Positions 56,339 to 64,000 of a stretch of DNA of 64,000 nucleotides are shown here, in pieces. Location: NCBI GenBank assembly GCA_019828565.1, contig JAHDYR010000006.1, positions 1-64,000 of the forward strand. The letters are read 5' to 3'. Below the pieces are notes generated by a model. It searched no databases, had not been told where the DNA came from, and worked only from the letters and a program-made list of their open reading frames with translations. Each line of letters begins with the position of its first letter. Position 1 is the stretch's first letter. Position numbers and translations under genes: made by a program. The stretch comes from Carpediemonas membranifera BICM (Eukaryota > Protista > Fornicata).

Positions 56339-56932
56339 CTAAGCACGGTGCGGCGCCACCCCCAGCATCGAGTCAAGTACCCCCATCTCATACAGCTCCA
56401 TGAGGCCAGCGGGCAGGGTCTCGGTCTGGGTCCAGGAATCGGACACGGGTACCGTCCTCACCCTGGCCGCTGCCCTGGATGCTTTAGTGGTCCCGTCGAG
56501 GATCCGTTGCGGGTCTTCGGTGCAAATGGTTGTCGTCTCGGGGAGGCCTCTGGTTCGGCTGTTCTGGAACCAAGTGCGGACTTTGAGGATGTCCAGGCCG
56601 GTGTACTCGGAGATGCTGGAGAGCTGCTCGCGGGACGGGTAGCGTTGAAGCTGGAAGGTGGCGCACAGAGCTGCGAGCTGTTCTGGTGTGTAGCCTCGGT
56701 GATGCGTATGCGTGCTCTTCCTGATGGCCTTTGCAGTCTTTGAGTGAGTATGGGATTTGCTGAGGAGCTCAATATCAGCAAGAATGTCCGTAGCGGTCCG
56801 TGCATCGGGATCAAGCCCTGAGCTCAATGCAGAAACCGGGGGAACAGAAAGTGCGGAGATGACACTTGCTGATGGAAGCATAGGAGTAGAAAGCGCCGCC
56901 AGGTCTGGCGGTTGGAAGTCTGAGTCATTCAT
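56339..56932 (-). CDS. Homeodomain protein (Q50)
   Basis: RGYTPEQLAAL..TF...RYPS......S..TGL....VRTWFQNSR. Confidence 0.9.
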   Translation of the reverse strand: MNDSDFQPPDLAALSTPMLPSASVISALSVPPVSALSSGLDPDARTATDILADIELLSKSHTHSKTAKAIRKSTHTHHRGYTPEQLAALCATFQLQRYPSREQLSSISEYTGLDILKVRTWFQNSRTRGLPETTTICTEDPQRILDGTTKASRAAARVRTVPVSDSWTQTETLPAGLMELYEMGVLDSMLGVAPHRA

Positions 56933-56991
56933 TCTGACGCGTCTTTCGACCGGGTGTTTAAACTGCGGGTTAATGAATCAGACTTTACTTT

Positions 56992-57217
56992 TTTTCAGCT
57001 TCAGCTTTCCGCGCCTCGAACTCCTCGCGCTTCAGAGTATCGCCATTGCCTCTGTAGCCGAGCTCTACGAGCTGCCTGGCCATGTCTTGGTCGTCGAGGT
57101 AAAACATGTCCGTGGTGGTGATCTGCGAGTCCAGATACTCATCATATGTGTTGAACGCAAGCGCTATAGTATCAATATATTGTTCTCACCGTAGTCAAAT
57201 TGAACGTTGTCGCCCAT
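56992..57217 (-). pseudogene. 5' fragment of CFAP299, duplicated with element A and frameshifted
   Basis: Near-identical to 31210-31433, with an extra AT near 57179. Truncated at a T-run. Confidence 0.9.
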
Positions 57218-57301
57218 TCTCTCGAACGTGCAAATTGTTGCAGACATAAACTGCACAATGAAGAACTGAAGTCTGCTATAGACGATTGAGAGTTACTTTA
57301 C

Positions 57302-58945
57302 TGCTTGCACTGTGCACTCTATGATACTTCATTACTCCCGCTCTCCCTTCCTTCTTCTTGAGAGTGATATTTCGATAGTCTGTCATCATCGTCGGGGGTC
57401 ATCAATCAGTGCTTCTCCAGTCCTCTCGCCAAGCAACTAGCTTCCCACCTATCGTCTACCCCATCTTACTTCCATCCGCTCTCTTCTGCTTGTCGGATTT
57501 CGGGGTCTTGATCATGACGTCTTTGCAATCATCACCATGGCCTTCCATCGCACAGCGGGCTCTTCTATGCCGCTGCCTGAAGATAAAACACTTCAGTTCT
57601 TCTAATTCTCGCCATTATCACTGCATAGTCTCGTTCATTAAACGTCTGTCGTCTTTGATGTGTGTTGTTAACAAGTGATCGGTTCATTCACCGCAAAACG
57701 CAGAGCTTCACATGACCAGCATCTATACGGTCAAGTTCTCCATATCCTCCATTCTCCATAACCGTAGAAACGTGATTCCTTTCATCGCGGACTTCTACGC
57801 CGGATTGGAGAACAGGCTCTGCTCGTTCACGAAGGCCAAGTACTTTCACACTTGCCTTCTGTCATACATCGCCGCGTGTTGCCACCACGCCAATCTCTCC
57901 TTGCCCGTGCATGACCAGGCTCTGCACCAGGCCATCGTTATCGTCGCCTACCGACGAAGTGGAGAGTACCGAAACCTCGCCGCCGACTCACTCGTCGACC
58001 GCTTCCTGGGCGCGAAAAAATACGCCGCAGTTCGGCAGGTTGTCACCTCAATAGCCGAGATGCCACTGTGGCATGACGAGTTCATCATCCGCCTCAGCAC
58101 AGCCCTCAGGGCAGCTCGTCTACAGTGCCCTGGCGAGTTCGAAGTGTGGGCACAGCAAGACCCCCAGCTTCGCGTTCGATATGACTCCTGCGTCATTCAA
58201 AAGTACAAATCTAGATAGTCTACAAAACTCGGTTAGGTTTGTGCTCCTCCACGAGCAGGAAATATTCGACGCTGGGATGGTCAAGAGCTTCCGCAGAGTG
58301 CGCCTGACGAACCACATCTTGCGCCAAAAGCACTTCCACAGAGCTGGGGAGCAGCTTGCTCGCACCCTAGGCTGGACTCCTCGGCGACTCCCTCGCAGTA
58401 TTGCCCCTCCCCGGGCAGCCCCCACCAGGCTGATTGTCTTCTACGGAAGCGCTAGATTCAAGACGCCCCGTCGGGTGCATCCATGCGCGCCGTATGGTCG
58501 CCTTGCTACCTTACTACCATCATGAGAGCTTTCAACATCACTGCTGAAGTGCGGATGACTAACGAGTTCCGAACCTCACTCGTCTGCCCCTTCTGCCGCG
58601 CGAGGTTCCGTAGAACTCGCTACACGAGGCGCACGATGCGATGCCACAACCCGAATTGTCAAGGTGCTCCATGGTACAGACAGCAACGCCTCAATTCCGA
58701 TCCTACTACCACCACTTGGCTCAATCTCTCCCATAGAGACAAGACTGCTGCACAGAACATCTTGGATTGCGGCCTCATGACGGATGCACAGTATCAAGCC
58801 AGTGCTTTCAGAAATCCAGCCCGTCTTCCCAACTATAACCCCAATACACCAATTACGGCTAACCAGCCGCTAGTCTTCGCCTCCGGGCAAGCTAATTGAA
58901 GTGGAGAGACGCAGTGCTTGCACTGTGCACTCTATGATACTTCAT
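57302..58945 (+). mobile_element. Fanzor1-derived element B, near-identical copy of A; direct repeats 57302-57332 and 58915-58945
   Basis: Same three frames as A, with a few SNPs and a 9-nt deletion near 58818. Confidence 0.9.
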
Positions 58946-59358
58946 GAATCAGGACCACGAGTGGACGAATCAAGGGCAATTGAGTGTCGCCTATTCGCCA
59001 TAAGCATGCGATTAATGCTCGGGATGGGTGGCGATGGCAATCTCAGACGATGGCGGTGCTGCTGCCTCGGTCTGGGGGATCGATGACTGTTTGTGGACGT
59101 CTATTGAATGGTGTGGAATGGCCTATATTTCTGGATATTAGGCGCGTGGTAGGTGATTTCAGGTGTCGCGACGAGTCTATTTATGATGGAGTCAGATGAG
59201 TCGGAACCGAGACACACGAGCACTGGGCCTGGCATCATGGAATAGGACGTACAACGTGAGTAACACGGCTCATCAGCTTGCATCCTCCGTTTGACCAACG
59301 AGCCAGCTCACGTATGGATCCAACGACATGCACACCCTCACACCCAACCCACGAACAC

Positions 59359-60509
59359 CTAGTTTATGCTGAACTCCGCAATCTGCCTCACCACCTCCTC
59401 CCCGGGGTCCTCCCCCCACGTGGTCACAATCACCTCCTTGTTCCCGACAACACGACACGTCAGTCGCATCTCCCCTTTGCATAGAGTCGCCGAAGTCATC
59501 CCATCGCTCCAATACTGCAGCAAAGCTGTGAGAAGCTCGCCACGCTGCTCGCTGAGCTGGCCGCGATGCTCGGTGGGGCCGCGGGTGGTTGATTGTGACA
59601 TGAAGTCCTTGGTGACAATGATAAATGAGAGCACGTGGCGAGGCATCGCTTCCACGGGCGGTGGGGTGAGCTCGATCGGGACAATATCTGAATCTCTCAA
59701 AGATTTGGAGAAATCAGATATGGCTGGGAGAATTTTGGTATCAACCCCGACTGAAATTGGAGTCAGTGTGCAAAGAATCACCTCAGACACCACCATTCTG
59801 AGCCTAAGTCTGAAGAATGACAGCCTATGCCAGGACTCGGAATAAAAAACAGGAACCGACATGTAAGAGTTGGACCCCAGCGACCTGGCCTCGCCCAGGA
59901 TCGATATGAGACGGAGCAGGGCGGGTTCCATGGTTGTAGCAAGGGTGCACATGCTTTGGAGCAGGGCCGACGTGCCTTGTACGGTTTTGTCCAGCTCCTT
60001 GAGGACATCCGTGAGGCCAGTGCGCGTGTCGTGGTCAACAACTGCTGTGGGGATCTTGCCAAGCATTGCTGCCGGGCTAGATTGGTGAACGTCAATAATA
60101 CTCTTGACGAGGTCGTCAAGCCCGTCAAACGACATAAGAGACGTCCATGACTCCTTGGAGCCGAAGATGAAGGTGAGAATATCACGGAGATCGCGTGTGA
60201 TGTTCTCTATGAGGCCGGTGCACGATGCCTTTGGCGGTGTGATCAAGATGAAGCGGAAGGAGTGGATGCGGACAATATGTACCGCGATTTCGTTCTTTCC
60301 TTCACCAAAGACAAGACACCGAGGCGGAGGAAGACCTGTGTATGAGTCTGAGAGCTGCTGCAGAGTCTGATCAGCCTTGATGATCTGTTGCGCAGTGGGG
60401 ACATTCTCGCTGCACTCTACGTGAGTTCTTGTGAGTAGTAAGACATACCAAATGAATATAGAACGTCGTCAGTATTATCTACAATGTGCAGCCCGTATAT
60501 TTCCGTCAT
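59359..60509 (-). CDS. Hypothetical protein, possibly longin-fold (Mon1/HPS1/Fuzzy-like); 32-nt intron 60417-60448
   Basis: Splicing GTATGT...CGTAG gives an open frame MTEIYGLHIVDNTDDVLYSFE... joined to the 295-aa ORF. The family call is by eye only. Confidence 0.55.
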
Positions 60510-60758
60510 TCGAGGTGCAACGATGCGTCGTCGTCAATAAACTGCACAATCGATCCCACACGGCGAGTGGACGTAGTGGCGAGTAGTACCACATGTAGTA
60601 TGCCAACAATGGCCAACTACATCCCGCTCCTCGCCTGCTTCGACCCCATCTCACGCTCATTGTCTCAGTCGTCTTGGGCTCACTTCAATAGCCGCCCATG
60701 CCAGGAGAAAGAGAGTTTATTCCTGGTAATAATGATAACAACAGCACCCCAACCCGCG

Positions 60759-61808
60759 TCACCGCCCGAAGTTAACAGCTACCGCAGACATCCAAGTTAT
60801 CGCCCGCTGCAACGCGGCCTTGTCGTCCACGCTAAGCTGCTGGCCCGGCATTCCCCGGGCCTGTACATTCGACACAAGCTCTGATATCAGCGCCAGATCC
60901 CGTACGAACTGCTTGGGGTCAAGCTCAGGCGGCATCCGCTCCATGGGCTCGTGGAAACGCAGCGTGGGATGGCCTTCGGATGCTCCTGACGCTCCGAATT
61001 CCGGAACAGAGGTGCTAATATACAGCCCAGACGACACAATCCCAAGGTCCTCCTCCCCAAACGGTGGAAGGACCGTGGACCTCGCGCTCTGGGCGGTCGG
61101 CTGGATGACCTTAACCTGCGGGCTGGGAGGGGGTTCCGAGACCTCGCCGGGGCGCTCCCCGGTGCCAAGGCACGCCTTGTCTCTCACCCGGATCACTGCT
61201 TTCCTGAACGTCGTCACAGACGCCAGAGATTGCTCGGGGTAGGCCTTGCAGTAGAGGTGCTTGAGGTTGACTAGCATCGGGCCGCCGATGGGCATGGAGG
61301 CGGATACACCCTGGTCTGCAAGGAACTGGGTGACTGTAAAGTCTCTGTCTGCCCTCGGCTTCGGTCCGCGCTTGACGTCTTGTAAGACGCCGTTCTGGTG
61401 GGCTGTAACCCATCGCTGGAGGGATTCTTTGCGAAGATGTGGGTTCTCTGACAAGACATAGTCTAGACCGTGCTTCTGGAACGCCTGTACATATGACAGC
61501 TTCTCTTGGAACGTGTATACCCGGCGTTTGGTCCTCGGTTTCTTGATGAAGCCGCGCCTGGCGGCATGAAAGCCAGTAGCTCCAAGCGCAGGTGCTGTAA
61601 TTGACGCCTCACGTTCAGCAAGTGCTGCTTGAACTTCACCAAGTGTTTGCGGCTTCGGTGGGGCCCGCGCAGGTACCACCTTTTGAGACTTCTCAGCTTT
61701 AACAAGCGAACCGACCGTGGGTGCTGGAGAAATTGATTGTATTTGATTACTTGGTCGTGCATGTACTTGGTTTGAACGTGCCAAAGGCTCCCGATCTTTT
61801 GTTTCCAT
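60759..61808 (-). CDS. Protein with Brinker/psq-type (pogo/CENP-B-like) helix-turn-helix, no DDE domain
   Basis: RRVYTFQEKLSYV...LRKESLQRWV...RGPKP. Confidence 0.6.
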   Translation of the reverse strand: METKDREPLARSNQVHARPSNQIQSISPAPTVGSLVKAEKSQKVVPARAPPKPQTLGEVQAALAEREASITAPALGATGFHAARRGFIKKPRTKRRVYTFQEKLSYVQAFQKHGLDYVLSENPHLRKESLQRWVTAHQNGVLQDVKRGPKPRADRDFTVTQFLADQGVSASMPIGGPMLVNLKHLYCKAYPEQSLASVTTFRKAVIRVRDKACLGTGERPGEVSEPPPSPQVKVIQPTAQSARSTVLPPFGEEDLGIVSSGLYISTSVPEFGASGASEGHPTLRFHEPMERMPPELDPKQFVRDLALISELVSNVQARGMPGQQLSVDDKAALQRAITWMSAVAVNFGR

Positions 61809-61891
61809 TTTGTCCACTCAGTTGGTTTAATACTAAACTGCACATAATAAAAAACGACTATAGCACAGCTTATAATCCGTTTTATATCACT

Positions 61892-64000
61892 TTACGCCGT
61901 CTTCGCCCTCTTCCCCTGCCCATCATCGCCCGCCTTCCTAGCGAGCCACCTGACGAGCACGTCCACCCGCCTCTGCAGCTCCGTCGTCGTCCTACTCTTG
62001 AGGAACCAGTCGAGGCATGTCTCCGGGTCTGTCCTGGCCTTCCTCTGGAGCTCATCCCAGCTGCCATAGCCCAGGTCGGCTGCGTGGTAGACCAGCCAGC
62101 GGTCCTCACGGTCTGTAAACTGCTTGTTGGACTGACCCTGTGGGTACGGGATGATGATGCGGCTCGGGCCCTTGCACCCGGCCGCTACGGACCTCAGCAG
62201 GGCTGTGACTTCCGCAGCCTTTTCCCTGCGCTGGTCTCCCTTGAGGACGCGCTCCTCTAGCTTTTTCCCGTCAGCCAGCCGGTCCAGATTTGACCAGAGC
62301 ACCTTGCCGTACGCCCTGATGTCTTCCACATCACGGTCGAGCTCCTCAGCTATCCTCTCGTGAGAGTCCTTGCCGAACAACTCGCAGCACTTGATGTAAA
62401 TCCTGAAGTCCCCGTGCTTCCAGTGGGCGAAGGGCTCCTTAGCAAGCAGCTCTGCCTTCTGAGCCTTCTGCTCCGCGGTGAGGGGCGGGTTCTTCTCGTC
62501 CTTCCAGTGTGCCTGTTCGATTTCACAGAGGGCCACGAGGGGCTTGGCGTAGAACTGCCACTCTGGGTAGTCCGGCCTCTTGCCCTTGCCAGCGTTCTTA
62601 GGCCGCTTGACTTCGTCTGTCAGCGCCCTAGCTCTGGCAGTGCGGAGCTTGTCCCTCTCCGCGTCAAGAGCGAGCAGGGCGACGGTCTCGGCCTTCTTGG
62701 CGGCGTCCCGCTTGAACTTCTCTCCTTCAAACTCGTAGATGTAACCAGTGTCGTGTTCACCGCTGGTGATCATCTGCAGGAGGTTGTCCTTGTGCCCAGC
62801 GAGGATCTCTCCCCGCTGCTCGTCGTGCTGGACAGCGCGTTCGAGCAGCTTATCGATGTCCGTGTCGCTGAGAACTGTGCCCTTGGCCTTGAAGATCTCC
62901 TCAGCGCCATGGGTTACTAGGGCAAGCAGCTCCTCCTTCGTAGCCGCCTTCTGCTTCTCGGGGAGCCGGCCCTGCTCGATCACCAGTGTGTCGAGCTGCA
63001 GCTTCATCTCACTCCGTTCCTGGATCTTCTGCTCGACAGTGTGTTCTGTGATAAACCGGTAGACGTTCACAGGCTTTTTCTGGCCGATACGATGTGCTCT
63101 ATCCATGGCCTGCAGGTCCTGCTGGGGGTTCCAGCTCGTGTCGTAAAGGACTACGGTGTCTGCTGTGGCAAGATTAATGCCCAGGCCGCCAGCACGTGTG
63201 GATAGGAGGAAGATGAACTTCGTCGAGTCCTCTGCGTTGAACGAGGCGATGTGCTCCTCCCGCTCCTCTGAGGACGTCTGTCCGTCGATGCGGCAGTAGC
63301 TGTAGCCCTTCATAGCGATGTAATCCTCGAGAATATCCATCATCCGGGTCATCTGGGAAAAGACGAGAACACGGTGGCCGTCAGCGTGGAGGCGGGGCAG
63401 CAGCTTGTCCAGGATGCGGAGCTTGCCGCAGTTCTCCCAGAGGTGGGGGCCGTCGGAGTAGGGAGGGCCGGGCTCAACGCCCTCGAAGAGATAGGGATGG
63501 TTGCACGCCTTCCACAGCTGCATCAGGATGTTGTGGAGCCGGCCGACGTTGGTGCGGCCTGTGCCAGCGCCTAGGGCGTCTACATGGCCTGAGAGGATGT
63601 CCTTGTAGATCTTACGCTGCACATCCGACAGCTGGCAGAGGATGGTGGCCGTCTTCTTGGGAGGCAGAGTCTCCACATCGGCCTTGACTCTGCGGAGAAT
63701 AAACGGCTTCAGCACTCTGTGGAGCTTGTGGACAATCTCTGTGTGCTGCTCCTCGTCCACGTTTTCGAACATGGACTCGAACAGGCCGGAATCTGAGAAC
63801 TGCTCGGGCACCAGGAAGTTGAGGAGCGCCCAGAGCTCCTTGAGGTTGTTCTGGAGCGGGGTTCCGGTCAGCAGGATACGATGGGCACTGGAGAAGGTGC
63901 GGAGTACCCGAGAGAGGAGCGATGACTCGTTCTTGAGACGGTGGGCCTCGTCGACGACGACTGTGTCAAAGGAGACCTTGCGGAGATGCGCCTGCTCCTT
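61892..64000 (-). CDS. ISWI: ISWI-family chromatin remodeller ATPase (5' end outside window)
   Basis: DEAH, TGTPLQN, LRRVK, FLLSTRAGGLG, QAMDRAHRIGQ, SANT/SLIDE (DWFLKSRT..ELQRR). Confidence 0.95.
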   Translation of the reverse strand, partial: KEQAHLRKVSFDTVVVDEAHRLKNESSLLSRVLRTFSSAHRILLTGTPLQNNLKELWALLNFLVPEQFSDSGLFESMFENVDEEQHTEIVHKLHRVLKPFILRRVKADVETLPPKKTATILCQLSDVQRKIYKDILSGHVDALGAGTGRTNVGRLHNILMQLWKACNHPYLFEGVEPGPPYSDGPHLWENCGKLRILDKLLPRLHADGHRVLVFSQMTRMMDILEDYIAMKGYSYCRIDGQTSSEEREEHIASFNAEDSTKFIFLLSTRAGGLGINLATADTVVLYDTSWNPQQDLQAMDRAHRIGQKKPVNVYRFITEHTVEQKIQERSEMKLQLDTLVIEQGRLPEKQKAATKEELLALVTHGAEEIFKAKGTVLSDTDIDKLLERAVQHDEQRGEILAGHKDNLLQMITSGEHDTGYIYEFEGEKFKRDAAKKAETVALLALDAERDKLRTARARALTDEVKRPKNAGKGKRPDYPEWQFYAKPLVALCEIEQAHWKDEKNPPLTAEQKAQKAELLAKEPFAHWKHGDFRIYIKCCELFGKDSHERIAEELDRDVEDIRAYGKVLWSNLDRLADGKKLEERVLKGDQRREKAAEVTALLRSVAAGCKGPSRIIIPYPQGQSNKQFTDREDRWLVYHAADLGYGSWDELQRKARTDPETCLDWFLKSRTTTELQRRVDVLVRWLARKAGDDGQGKRAKTA

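Overview
Compact, intron-poor eukaryotic (protist) genomic DNA. The 28-38 nt GT-AG introns and short intergenic spaces fit a fornicate/metamonad such as Carpediemonas, but this is inference. The first ~15 kb is a nested transposon cluster. A minus-strand APE-RT LINE sits downstream of a ~1250-aa ORF1-like frame carrying a Maelstrom (MAEL)-type DEDDh nuclease domain. A second, 5'-truncated LINE is inserted in opposite orientation with a 16-bp TSD. Next come a Ty3/gypsy chromo-integrase remnant ending in PPT plus a candidate 48-bp LTR, and a DIRS-type tyrosine-recombinase retrotransposon. The remaining ~49 kb holds about 22 host genes (Tvp38/DedA, ribokinase, Hop2, myotubularin, NAE1, Rrp42, URB1-like, CFAP299, Pat1, Cdc73, SUMO protease, kinesin, a PocR-TmcB-like sensor, a repeat-bearing TKL kinase, a homeobox gene, ISWI). 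Four deleted Fanzor1 (TnpB-derived) elements are scattered among them. Each is bracketed by an unusual ~30-35 bp direct repeat and sits just upstream of a host gene. A positioned YGCAKTTTA-like initiator motif precedes most minus-strand genes. The best novelty candidates are the long-direct-repeat Fanzor family and the MAEL-carrying LINE.
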